Shown here: one piece after another, positions 13,096 to 26,300 of the stretch | How the letters are laid out: each line of letters opens with the position of its first letter | Numbering within the stretch: the stretch's first letter is position 1 | Source: Gordius albopunctatus | Taxonomy: Eukaryota | Length of the DNA: 64,000 bases | Assembly: GCA_964276515.1 (NCBI GenBank) | Contig: OZ193909.1 | Span: forward strand, 12,710,001 to 12,774,000 | Direction: 5' to 3' | Made by a program: the position numbers and the translations under genes | The notes under the pieces: model-generated | What the model was told of the DNA's origin: nothing | Databases searched by the model: none | The model's input: the letters and a program-made list of their open reading frames with translations, nothing else

Positions 13096-13271
13096 CATAG
13101 GCGTAGCCAGCATTTGAATTAGAAGTGGAAATAATGATTCAAGGAGGGGCAATTATGATTTATAGAGGGGCAAAATGATCATTTTATGAAATTTTGGCCA
13201 TTATTTTAATAAAATTTGACAAATTTTTGGTTTTAGAGGGGGGCGGCTGCTACCCCTTGGCTACGCCCATG
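13096..13271. mobile_element. MITE family A copy
   Basis: CATAGGCGTAGCCAG...TGGCTACGCCCATG with internal G-runs typical of the family. Confidence 0.8.
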
Positions 13272-13829
13272 CAAAAATTCGCAAGGTATATCAACATTAA
13301 TAAAAAGGAAGCGAAAAAGGAATGGGGTATGCGAGTAAAAGAGTGTCTGTTTTTATCGCCCACAACACCATCTTTTCCAATCTTGATACTCGGGATAAGG
13401 ATTTAATTGTAGAGTAGCGTGATTTAAACGACCAACAAGCGGCTACGTCCACCCAGGTGTCGTTGGATCCAGGACATTGTACTCCTTACTTTCTCTCATG
13501 CAACCACCCAATATCTTCCCCGCGTTTAACCTGCATCAGGGAGAGCTAGGGATATAGCCGGATACACCCTCTCCATCCCAGAACAAATTAGCCGCTACAC
13601 AATAAGGCTTCTAGCCCGTCGACGACATGGTTATGAGCTTATAAGAGGCATTTGCCAGTTTTATTCTTAGAAAATAGTTTTTCGATCCCCTATAATTTAA
13701 TTATATCATTTAAATCATTTTTATGATGGGTGCTAGGAGTATGCAAAAAGTAACATAAGCGAGAGGAAGAATTAAGAAGAAATTTTGGTACTAGATCTAT
13801 TACGACAAAGCTCCTAACAAAAAGACTTA

Positions 13830-14059
13830 GATGGTATGGCGATGTCTAGGTAAGAAACGATAGCTACGCCGGAAAGAAAAGCTAGAAGATAAATTTCATA
13901 GGAAAACGAAGGAGAGGAAGACCCAAGCTTACCCGGACTTATAAAATAAGGCACGATATGAAAATCCACAATATAAAGAAATATCTATGTAAATATAGAG
14001 ACAAATGGAAACGAATGATCAAAGGACGGACCACCAGCCTAGGTGACAAACGGTCATAG
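13830..14059 (+). mobile_element. 3' end fragment of an RTE LINE
   Basis: Decayed LRWYGDV...GKRRRGRPKLT motif like the RTE C-terminus at 52392-52622; runs directly into a (GAA)n tail. Confidence 0.75.
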
Positions 14060-14207
14060 GAAGAAGAAGAAGAAGAAGAAGAAGAAGAAGAAGAAGAAGA
14101 AGAAGAAGAAGAAGAAGAAGAAGAAGAAGAAGAAGAAGAAGAAGAAGAAGAAGAAGAAGAAGAAGAAGAAGAAGAAGAAGAAGAAGAAGAAGAAGAAGAA
14201 GAAGAAG
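14060..14207 (+). repeat. (GAA)n microsatellite, about 49 units
   Basis: Near-perfect GAA array seen directly. Confidence 0.97.
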
Positions 14208-15657
14208 GTTATTTAAATAATTTCCGGTTTAAGTTATGATATAACTTTTTTGTTTAAATATATAAGTTTAATTTATTTATCTACCCTCACAAAATATGTA
14301 ATTCTCTTTATAAAAATAATAAATGATTAAACAAGTTTTTTAAATAATTACTTAATTTAATTTTAAATGTATACTAGCCATTCTTATACATATATAATTA
14401 CTAGAACAAAATCGGTTATTTTGATAATGTGATTATGAAGAGGAGGGAGGGGTTGGAGTTTAATAGCTGTATATGTATAGTATTTATGAAGATATTTATT
14501 TTATAAAGAGTTGCGTTTGTTTAAATCATATTCATAAAAGTTTAGTTGGCTTGGGTTTTATTCGGGCCAGGCCTTGGGTCGGGATGCCTCATCAAGCCCA
14601 ACTGAGTCCAAGGCCCGTTTATTTTAATTTTACTCGAGCCGGGTGGGACTTCGGGTGGGCTGTACGGGGCTCTACATCTGCCTTACCCCCATACACAACA
14701 TAAAAAAGGAAAAAAAGATTTATTCCCCGATCGACACTAAATCTCCATGTTCGCGATACATATAAATTTCCGCTAGTAAAAAAACTTTAAAAAACCTATA
14801 TGATATTGTAGATATCGTGAAAAATAAAAAAAGATGCTTGGTTCGATTATAACACAACGTACTAATGTATAGAATACATAAACTTCCAGATCTCTCTAGT
14901 TCATAGGATTATAATAGCAATTATATTGAATTTTAAGCTTTAATTGAATACAACAAACTACTAAGATCATGAATAATCATGGACAACAGAAAATAATCGA
15001 TATGGTCAATTGTTCACATCTTTTTTAAATTTATATCAATCTAAAGTCCCCAGACTTCCATATACCCCAATAATAATTGTCTGTGAAAGGTTCTAATTCA
15101 AAAACTTAATAAATTTATTTCACAGTTCAAAAGGTCAATCTGTTATTGTATCCCAGTTTACATGTCAAATATCACAATATAAAAGTCGTTTTGGCTGATG
15201 TGTTTGGTTAGGTTACTGTATATCTGTATATTACATAAAATATGACAATTTTGATAATAATTAATAAAAAATTTTTAATTTTTACGTCAAAATAATAAGT
15301 TTAATAAATTGGAGCAAGGGAATTTAGATTCATTATTCTAAGCTTATCCTTTTTTACATTAAAAATAATAACTATCAAATTAAAAATGATTTTTAAATGC
15401 TGGCTAAATGTTTTTATTACAAAAAATTGCACCGTGCTCGAGCTCTCGTCGGACCAATTAAAAAAACATTTCACGCTTGGTTCGGGCTCAGCCAGATTAA
15501 AAAATGAAATGTCGAACACTAGACGAAAAAATTTATTTTGCTAGGCTCTAGGCAAATGTTGCTGATTTCGTCCCATATTAAAGACGCGGAACTACAGGTT
15601 AGCACATTCGTTATAAAGTAGGGGAGTTAATATATTCATATCGATGCATATAATATG

Positions 15658-15793
15658 CATGGGAGTTGTCAGCATTGGGATTAGAGCGGGCATTAATGAT
15701 TTAGACAGGGTCAAAATGATGGTTTTTTGAAATTTTCGCCATAATTTTTATAAATTTTTGGATTTAGAGGAGGAACCCCTTGCTACGCCCATG
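15658..15793. mobile_element. MITE family A copy (TSD ATAATATG)
   Basis: CATGGG...GCCCATG flanked by exact ATAATATG. Confidence 0.82.
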
Positions 15794-15984
15794 ATAATAT
15801 GATTAATAGTTGCCGTAGAGAGACAAAGGAAGGGGGGTTTGTGCGAAGAATAGTTTATTTAATCTTATCATATAATATTAGTTTAACGGTAAATAATAAA
15901 AGAGCGAGTGTCTCATGATGGTGTAGAGGGCTTTATGATGGTCCGCGCAAGTACACGACTTCTCTCTTTCTCACATAGCTAGTT

Positions 15985-17870
15985 ATGCTGAAAAACCGAA
16001 AAAATCTCGGTCTAATTTTGCCTCGTCTCAAAAACCGAGACGAGACGAGAATTTGAAAAACTGACCCGAGATCGAGACGATGATTTTGATGTCGAGACGA
16101 GACGATACGGGATTTCTTCTGCGAGATCTCGACCTTTTACTGATCATTGGATTTAGTTAATTATTGTGTTGCATGATTTACCTTTAAGATATTAAATGCA
16201 AATTAATATGAAATATTTGATATTAAAAAACACTTAAGTGTAATAAATATTGTAGCAAAATAGTTATAATTTGGCGATTTTACCTAAGTATGGATGGCCC
16301 TTAGGGCATGTGAATAATTTGATAATATATTTATCACATATTTGTATCCATAGCATTATTAAATATCACAAAAGAGAGGCTTATACTAAGTTATGATGGA
16401 GTAGTAAATATTAGAGACCTGTAACGGGCCTGTATTTCAAAGCGCGCCCTGGGCCCGTCAAAATATTAAATTATAGATTGAATATAAAGATATTAATAAA
16501 AAATGAAAAGTTTTATAAATTAGCCTAAAAATTAGCTTCGCTTTTTTTCGCTTCGCGCGTCATCACGAACGCCCTCTTAGGCAGGCACAAATGACGTTAG
16601 GGTGCTCAAAAAATCTCCAGCCACCCTTGCTTAACTATAATTAATAAAAAATTAAGTTGAGTATTTGATAACACCGTAATATATTAAATCATGAGTTTTT
16701 TAGAAGTTTTTAGGCTTCAACTAATAGTATACCTCCTAAATTTTGAACCTTAATTAGACATTATTTTTCTTATAATAAACTAGGGTTGGCAGGTGCATAC
16801 GAATTTTCTATAATTTTTATAATTGTGGAAATTGTGCAATATAAAATAAACATACGAACTTATACTGTATTAGATAAATAACTATTTAATAGCAAAGTTA
16901 GTTAGTATCGGAAGTTTTATCTGGGATACAAATTTGATTAATTGTTGTCATAAATTAAATACGTGCACTTAATTTAAACCTTAAAACTTTATCTTATTCC
17001 TATAAGAATGCTGCTTTTGATGTTGTTTTCAAAACTTTCTAATATGTGCAACTAATTATCAATTCGGTAAATAAAAATATTATCATTAAAAGTAATTCGG
17101 ACTTTATCGTTTATAACGCTATACTAAATATGCAATAAACTCTATGTGCTATAATTCTTGGCGCCACCATTGGAATTAGAGGGGGGAAATATTTATTTAG
17201 GCCATAATTTTAATAAATTTTAACAAATTTTTGGATTTAGAGGGAGCAGCCGCCCCTTCCTGCTCTCCCTTTCCTTGGCTATGCTAATGGCTATAATTGA
17301 TGATGATAATAACAATGGACTAATACGTTTGCCTTTAATATGCTCGGGTATACTTTGAGCCCATAGCCAGTGTTAGTAAAAGGTTTTAATCTGCCCAAAT
17401 ATGTAACTAAGTCAAATATAGTGAAACTTATAAATTTCTAAGTTAATTATAGTTGACCGACACAGTGAATTTTATGCAAATGTTATAATTTGCTAGAACT
17501 ACAAAATTTAATTTTCTAAACTTCCAATTTTTTTATAGTTTTTTAATTTGCACATACGATAAAAAGTTATCCTGATAAATTAATTTATGTTTTTATATTG
17601 TCAATGAGATGTCGTATCGCGCTACATCTTTAAAAGGTTTGTGTATTTAACAGAAATTTTTATTTCGTATAAATTAAAAAAATAGAGTCGAGACGAGTCA
17701 AGAATTCTTGTCTAGGCGAAACGAGACCGAGATTTTTCTAGACAGAGACGAGATGGAGATTTTCGTAATCGCTCCCGAGACGAGATGAGATCGAAAGCCA
17801 GCTAAATCTGAATCTGAGCCAAATATACAATAAAGATCATGCAATATCAGTGTCTCGTCTCATGTACCAT
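15985..17870. mobile_element. Non-autonomous DNA element with GAGAC(GA) subterminal repeat arrays at both ends, with a nested family A MITE (~17157-17289)
   Basis: Clusters of GAGACGAGAC/GTCTCGTCTC at 16005-16135 and 17685-17862; termini and TSD not defined. Confidence 0.5.
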
Positions 17871-18295
17871 TAATAATCATGATTATTAAGGGGGACGTTC
17901 ACATGATTTAATTTCCCAGTGTGTTTATTTAGTTACTCTTATTTTGTATATCATTGTTTTTGAGAATAGTACAATCAACCTGATATAAATTTCATCCTAT
18001 TTTCACCTAGGCTTACACATATAGTTTCTGTTCTTGAAGATTTAGCTTAGCTACGCAATTGCTGGTGATCCTCAACATTAGAAAATTTAGATGGATGGAT
18101 TGAATAATTTGAACTTAACTGAAGGTCAATTCGGATATCGGTGGGTCATTTTGAGCCTTAGAATAGTTAGAAGATAAAAATTGCAAAATAAATACGCTCT
18201 CTCCTATCTAAGGCAGTTATATGCAAATTGAAAATTTGATCGCCTTTTGCTACCTTTTTACAATTTTTATAGTTTCAACATAATCCTGCTAACAT

Positions 18296-19347
18296 ATGGA
18301 TAATGTAAAGCACATTATTATAATACTCTCAGGTAAAGGGGGAGTTGGAAAGAGTACCGTGGCTACTCAATTGGCTATAGCCCTTCACAATCGAGGAAAT
18401 AAAGTAATTAATGTCTTATTATATTATTATGTACAGTAGGTAGGTATATTAGATGTTGATTTATGTGGCCCAAGTATACCCAAAATGTTAAATCTTGATA
18501 AAAAGACAGTTTATCAATGCTCTCAGGGGTAAACGTTATGTTATAAATTTGACCCTCGTTTAGTTGGGTTCCTGTATATTTAAATGAAGAAAAGACATTC
18601 TCAATAATGTCTATTGCGTTTTTATTATCTTCCCCAAATGAACCTATTATATGGCGTGGACCTAAGAAAAACGGTAATTTGAAAGATGGCATATTAAATT
18701 TTAAATTTGTTTTAGCAATGATAAAACAGTTTATATCCGACGTTTTTTGGGAGGATTTAGACTTTCTTATTGTTGATACTCCACCTGGGACTTCAGATGA
18801 ACATATGTCGGTGGTAGAGTTTTTAACCCCTTACAAGTTAACTGGGGCTATTTTAGTAACAACTCCTCAAGTAAATAATATTAGATTATTCTATATGATA
18901 AAAAGCTTATTTCAATCAATGATGTTAGGCGAGAAATTACATTTTGCAATAAGCGCAACATATCCATTTTAGGTGTAATTGAAAACATGTCTGGTTATGT
19001 TTGTCCACATTGTGAGGTATTCTGAAATAATGTTCTTACAAACATTTACTGAACTTAGTATGAATACAATATTTTTTTTGTATAGGAGTGTACTAACATA
19101 TTCTCAAAAGGTGGAGGTAGTAAATTAGCTGAATATGCTCATATTCCGTATCTTGGTAAAATTGTACATTTAATGCATATCTATTTATAACATTGTAGGT
19201 GCTTTGCCTCTTGATTCTAAATTGGCAATGACAGGTGATAAAGGTACAAGCTTGTTAGATTCCTTTGAACACTCACCACTATCAACTGCTTTCAATGAAA
19301 TTATAAATAATCTTATTGAAAATCATTTTGTAAAACAAAAAATTTGA
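18296..19347 (+). CDS. NUBP2: Cytosolic Fe-S assembly factor NUBP2/Cfd1; exons 18296-18403, 18440-18528, 18564-18673, 18716-18870, 18906-19016, 19086-19155, 19199-19347
   Basis: [12 protein letters not shown]-loop near the N-terminus with no Nbp35-type cysteine extension, [35 protein letters not shown]; introns 36, 35, 42, 35, 69, 43 nt. Confidence 0.94.
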
Positions 19348-19594
19348 ATTACTAGTTTATTGTGTTTTTTTGCAAATGTTTATTTAAAATTTTTGGTTTT
19401 TAAAGATTTAAGGTAACAAAATTGCTCAATTTAATAAATATTCTAGCAAATTTTTACACATCTTTAATATATACTGCAGACCCCACATGATGTTCCTATA
19501 TTGCTTTTTTAAATTATGTTATTAGGCAGCCTATGTCTGACTAAAAATCAACATTTTTAATGCTTAAAATAAGCTTTTTGATTATTGATACAGG

Positions 19595-19797
19595 TAGAGT
19601 TGTTAAATTGCTAACTTTCTTCAAACTCCAGACGCGAGCACGCACACTTAGTTGCTTAATATAGGCGTTAGCACAATATGAGCTCGCTGTTCGGTGCTAA
19701 AGGCAGAACAGTAGCATATAAAAATGCTCAAGGGCCGAGCAGAAACTCGAGCAGATGATAGCTGGAATTGAAGAAAGTTAGCAATTTAACAACTCTA
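19595..19797. mobile_element. Young hAT-type MITE, perfect 30-bp TIR, TSD GATACAGG
   Basis: TAGAGTTGTTAAATTGCTAACTTTCTTCAA and its exact reverse complement; identical 8-bp flanks. Confidence 0.93.
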
Positions 19798-19959
19798 GAT
19801 ACAGGCACTAAAAGATGCGCATAATATTTTGATAAAATTTATTATATTGTGGCAAATTTATGTTAATCGCAAATTTTTATTAGTAACGACAATTTAAATA
19901 TTTGTATGGGCTTATATTCCAACACATTCTGAAGAACATTACCTAGATTTGCCTTGCAT

Positions 19960-20568
19960 TAGAGCCCTGCAAAATGAATTTTCTTTGGCCCAAGCTCAAA
20001 AGACTTTTTATTTTTGGCCCGACCCGAGCCCCACCCAAATTTTGAAATAAAATGTTTGGAAAAAATTTTTTTGTAAAATATTTAATCATCTGAATATAAA
20101 ATGTATAAGATTTTTAGTACTAGGTTGAAATAAAAAATCATTTTGACTCGTATTTATTCAGCTAACAATATAAAACTAAAAATTTAACTTTATAAAATAT
20201 ATTTTTAACAGTTCCAAAAAACATTTTGAAATATTTACCTATCTTATTTCTAAAGTTCATACAGCTACTATGAATCTATTCAAATACTAGAATAAGATTT
20301 GCAATTCAGCTCAGTTATATTATAATAGACAGGGAAAAAGCCGAAATTTAGAAGCTATATTATGTACACTATGTGAAGATAATTATTTAATAACGAGTTG
20401 AGTTTGTTTAAATCATATATTATGAAACATTAGTTTGCTTTAGTTCAATTCGAGCTTTGGGTCGGGCCGCCTCATTAGGGACCCAAACCTGAGGCCCGAT
20501 TATTTTATCAAATTCTCCCGAGTCCGGCCCGAAACCCGTCAGCTTCGGGCGACCTGTGTAGGGCTCTA
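19960..20568. mobile_element. MITE family B copy (TIR TAGAGCCCTGCA/TGTAGGGCTCTA)
   Basis: Inverted termini, GCCCGA repeats, internal similarity to 7848-8458; no TSD match seen. Confidence 0.8.
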
Positions 20569-21231
20569 GATATAACATAAATTTTTTCAACTTTTTAATA
20601 AAGCCCTTATGGAATTTGTCGCCTAATATTTAATACACTGAAAAAGTGTATTAAATATTAATAAAGAAAACAAGATATTTTTTAAATTACAAGTGCACCA
20701 GGAATCAATTTTCCTAATTTTTACCTATTATTATGCTAGCAAGGATGATCAGCGTTTTGAATCATTACTTCCTATTTCGCCCCCTTTTATGTAATTATTA
20801 AATAAAAGGGGTAACTCAAAATTTTCATCATAAATTTAAAACACATCCTTTTTATTAAAAACTTGAATTACCTAGCCATTTTTCAAATAATTTAAGTTGG
20901 CCATTAACGACTCCACAAATTTTATACTGATTAAATTTAAGTAAAATTATAAATAATATAACAATAATTTGGGGACTATGAAAAACGACTTATGCATACG
21001 TAATTCTTATAAAACGTCTAGATAGAAAAGTTGAGGCATTAATATATTAAGGGGAAAAATAATCTTTTCTCAATGCGCTGTCTCTTCATGATATAAATAT
21101 CAATATTAAACTTCGATTTGTGGGATTTTTAAATATGTATGCCTAAGTAACAAAGCACTTAAAATTGCCCTAAATTATAAGCATTTAAATTCGAGTTAAC
21201 ATTTTAAATTTTTTCAAACTTTTGTCATAAC

Positions 21232-22681
21232 TAATGATGTTGATTTGCTCCAGTGAGCATTGCTCACTGTGAGCTCTGCCCCCTCACACGCACCGTGTCT
21301 CCTACTCTACTCATGAGGCTGTTGATGTACTAGATGAAAATGCTCGAGAGGCGAAGGGGTAGTAGCAAAAAGTAACTCATGTATAGAGCTGTGTGCCTGA
21401 GCAGCAGTAAAAGTTTACTAACCGATTTAATATGAGCAAATGCTCTGAGCAAGCAGTTTATTTAAACTGCTCATAGCATCTCATCTTTTATAATAATTAA
21501 CGCGTGCCATGCAATAAAGCAACTTTGATTTAACACAGTATATTCTTTTTTTAAAGAATAATTATGGCTATTTGAATAGGCGTAAGTAGGATTTCCTCAA
21601 GGGGGGGGGGGTTAAAAAAATTTTAAGTTCAAATTTTTTTGTAACTATTTTTTTTGATCAATGTTTTGTTTCTATTTAAATAAGAAATAATATAATAAAA
21701 TTAGAAATAATCAATTTATAATAAGATCATTTTATTGATACTAAGGCCGGGGTGGGGAACTTGAAAAATATATATTATTATTAGGATAACAATGAAAACA
21801 TATGTTAATTACCAACTCGGATTTTGGTTACAATATTAAAATATATAATTATAGCAATAATATAATCTGTAGTAGAAAATGATATACAAATATACGTATT
21901 CACATATACAACATCATATATGACAGTTTCCTAAAAGTTTAAAGTAATTTATTTTTTATATATGCCAAAAATTTTGGTAATAATTTTTTTTGACAATTTT
22001 AATATGGTTTAACTTTATATTTTATCGTTTTTAAGAACAGGTGTCAATGTTACAATTTTATTAAAGGTGCCAACTAGGGTTTTTCGGTTTTCATTATATA
22101 TTTCTAAAATGATTTTTAAAATTTATTTTTATAAATGGAGAAATTATATTTTTTTGTATAAATATTTTTTGACACTCTTAATATGACTTAATGTTTCTAA
22201 ATTTATATTTAATAATATTTTAAGTCCAGGTCACAGTGCAAAGTTTTATAAAAAGTGGGAAATTTCGCTTTATAGAATATTCTCTTTAGATGGCTCGAAT
22301 TTGTTTAATGATTTCAAAATTTACGCTTTCACGTGCCAAAAATATGTTTTATTGTTTTAAATATAAATTTGTCACATGAGACATTAATAATTAACTCATT
22401 TTCTCAGCAGATTAATTGCGATATGTCACATAAATAATTAACAACACATTCGTTGAGCAAAAGGGATAAGCAACTTGCTATCAGCAATTGCTCGTACAAA
22501 ACTACTTTTATTTAAAGTTGTTAACAAGCTAATATTCCTACTGCTTGAGCTTGTATTTGCTGTTACAACTTAACCTCTTAGCAGTTTACCCCCCTTGATG
22601 ACAGAGCTTATGCGTCCAAGAACATATGGTAGCTATTATGCTCCGTCCAAGTTGGAGCATAATAGCAACTTAACATCTCTA
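21232..22681. mobile_element. 1.45-kb non-autonomous hAT-type element (TSD GTCATAAC)
   Basis: GTCATAAC at 21224-21231 and 22682-22689; termini TAATGATGTTGA / TTAACATCTCTA resemble the 19595 element; TGCTC/GAGCA subterminal repeats. Confidence 0.7.
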
Positions 22682-23386
22682 GTCATAACTAACCACCTAA
22701 ATTAAATTTTTGATCATATAATTTTACTAATAAAGAAAGGACGGGCTAAGAAATTACCACTTATGCTAATTTATACATTTTTTAAGTCCACAAAACTAAA
22801 AATTATAGTTCAAAAAATCAATTATTTTTTTTATAGTTTAATATGGGAATGCAATTTTTAATTAAATATGCATGAAGTCTCTGTCATAAACAAAAGATAT
22901 GAGCCCACTTATTATTAATTATTTGTTCTATCCAAAGTGTTTAATAAATTTACGACCCTGAATTGTTTTAAGTTAATTAACAGCAGAAAGGAAAATGAAA
23001 TTTATTTAATGATATTGCCTAAGTTTTTATAAACTTTGTTATATAAGTTTTGGGATATCATGTTTTTTCTCTTTATTTTTTATGTTTAAATTTAAAATTT
23101 TGTCAATAAATTATTTAATATAAATTAATAAATTTATCAATATTATGGGCAGTCAATATGTACTTTCTGTTGGGGTATAGTTCTTCCTAAATTCTTTGAG
23201 ATTTATGCCTGAAAATTATTGGAAATTTAAATCACGTTCTTTTAAAGAGTGGCTCAAAGTACAAATTAAAAATATATTAAAGCCACATTAAGAATTACGA
23301 ATTAAATTTATTTTGTTTTGACCTAAATTGCAATTTGTATTTTGACTAAATACGATTGGTAATCAATTGACACTTTTAGTTAAAGC

Positions 23387-26300
23387 ATGGAGGTTCAAGC
23401 AAATGTTGAGCAACAAGAAGCTCCGGCAACAAATCCAACTGTTGGTATAATCTACCCACCACCTGAATTAAGAAGTATTTTAAATTATCTTAAAACCTAT
23501 ATGTATTTAGATATCGTTGATAAAACCGCAAGTTTTGTTGCTCGTAATGGTAAGTCATTCATCTAATTTACATCAAATAAAATTAATACTTTTTATAAAA
23601 TAATTCTATTCATGTATAATTAAATCAAATAATGATATAATAAATTAGTTTTTAATAATTCCTATTATTGACATTTAATAAATAAAAATGATATTTATGA
23701 ATTTATAGGACCTGATTTTGAGAGTAGAATTAAAGAAAATGAAAAGGCAAATGTAAAATTTAATTTTTTAAATCCTGGAGATCCTTATCATGCCTATTAC
23801 AAATTTAAAATCAATGAGTTTCAAGAAACCCCTTCTACCCAAAATATTTTTAATAAAATGGGTGGATTGGAAATTGGGGGATCTCATAGGGAACCATTTA
23901 AAACAAATTTGCAAGAGTTTACAAAAAAAGTGGCACAAGCTAAACGCAAAACATCAATATATCAAATTCAAATGGATATTCCCAAAGAAGCACCACCTGA
24001 ATTTGAGTTTATAGCTGACCCACCTACAATATCAGCACAAGATTTGTAATTTTATATAAATTATCATAATAACTTGTCTTTTAAATTATTAGGTTTTAAC
24101 TATTTATAAGTTATCAACTTAATTCACTAATGACTGTCTCTGCACATTTTGTTTGGATTTTATAAGGAAAAAGTCTGCTAGGCTTTTTGGTTCTAATTAA
24201 TTATTTTATAATTCGTTATTAATAAATATATTTAATATTAATTGATATTTTATGGGTGGATTTAATTTAATCCTCCTCACATTTTATAGAAGCTTATTAT
24301 AATAAGCACTTTACAGAGGTGTAAGGGTTAATATAAATGTTTTTTGGTTAATTTACATATAAATTAATTTGTGGATTGATATTATATGATAGTTGTGTAA
24401 TATTTATGGGGTATATATTTTGATCAAATAATCTAATTGTTTAAAAAATGGCCTTTGAGAAATATTATCAATGTAATTTATTTCAAAGATTTAATTAAAA
24501 AATTTATTCTGATATACCTATCAAATTTAACAAATAAATTTAAGCTGCCTTTTGAAGAATTTGTTGAATAATATTGTTTTTTTAAAGACAGGCCAAATAA
24601 TATATGTGCTTTTCTAATGGTAACTACTTTTTAATGTTTTACTTCAAGGTTGATACATTCAAAATATAGGGTAGCTTCAATAACTTAGTGCACAAATCGG
24701 CTTTAGCAAAAATTAATTGTAACTTATTAAGTCAAACAAGATCTTTAAACCTTATTTGTAACAAAAAAAATTAATTTTGGATTTTTACATATATAAAAAT
24801 ATTTATCATCACTGCCTGGTGTAAAGTATAAAAAATACATAGTTAAATGTAAACTTTTTATTGGTAGGGATATTGTTAAATTAACGGCCCAATTTGTGGC
24901 CCACAATGGACGTCAATTTTTGAGCAGCCTCATGCATCGCGAGGCCCGTAATTTTCAATTCGATTTTTTGCGACCTCAACACAGTCTATTCAACTACTTC
25001 ACCAAATTGGTGGAACAATATACTAAGGTACACCTTCTTTCCAATTTTTTTTTAAATGTTAAAATGCTTTTATTCTGTAAAATTGATACGTGAAATATAC
25101 AATAAACGTGCTTAAAATAATATCTAATTATAACTTTTATGTCTTGACTTGGAATAAAATATCTATCACGAATCGTTTTATCAAAGTTATTACCTAATCA
25201 TCTCTCCAGTATTTATATAAATTTTAAACTCTACGCATAAATATCTACTAAGATTTTATTTCAAAACAAAAATCTTTGAAGGGCGTAGAACAAATGTTCA
25301 TAATAACCTAACTTTACCTCACCCTGATTTATTTTGGAGTTTATAACCAATTTAAATTATTGATGGATTTTATTAATCAGTGTATCTCAAATTAATTAAT
25401 AATTCTCCAAATTGCCTCATTTTTATGCAAACATTTGTGCTTAGATATTACTGCCCCCGAAAGACATGGTAGACAGGCTGAAGAAAGAATCGGAAGATGT
25501 TAAAATAATCGTGCAAGAAGTTAAAAAGCGGGAACTCTGGTTGAGACAACGGCAGCAAGAGAGGCAGAGGGCTGAGGATATGGCCGAAAAGGAAAGATGT
25601 ATAACATATACGCGGCGCGCATTCATTATATCCTTTGATGAAAATGCCATTTAAAGCGGGAAAAATATATGGGCGCTTCAACTTTTGAGCTTGCGTAGGA
25701 GTGCTATGTACCGACCTGCAGGCGCCACCCGGAGGAGACTGTGGGTTCTGGGACGGGTTTTGAATTTAGTTTAACAACTGGGTCATGGGGAGGGTACTGC
25801 TCACTCAATTTTATACAATCGACCCCGACTCAAAATTTTTTATCAAAAGAATCAGTATTCACAACTTTTTTTGAATTCTAGTTATTTCACTGGAAATTTA
25901 GCATGTCATAAAGTGGTTTGTATTTACGCAGCTCCAAAAAAGCTAAAATAATATTTCTCAAATGAATATTAAGACCAACCAAAACTTAATATTAGTATAA
26001 TTTGCGAAACCCCTCGAAATTTTTTGCAATTAACCTCTTTCCCCCCCTACACCCTCGTTTGTTGTAATTTCTAAACATACACATGATTTATTTTAGTGGC
26101 GTACGCTCAGATTGATTGGCACGATTTTGTGGTGGTTGAGACGGTGGATTTCCAAGCCAACGAGGCGGGAAATTTCCCGCACCCTACCACACCCGAACAA
26201 GTGGGTATGAGGGTTCTCATGCAAGAACGGGTAGAGGACGAAGAGCGCAAGAAGATGGGCAGTTCTTTCAAGAGTGAAATGCTAGAAAACACGCACAAGA

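Noticed and set aside
13194..13406. Short ORFs over MITEs or antisense to real exons (also 38813-39059, 51040-51222, 58033-58314, 18408-18692, 25441-25681)
   Set aside because: Explained by repeats or shadow frames; no independent coding evidence.
16000..16135. GAGAC repeat cluster as a CRISPR-like array
   Set aside because: Eukaryotic context and irregular short units with no spacers; fits transposon subterminal repeats.
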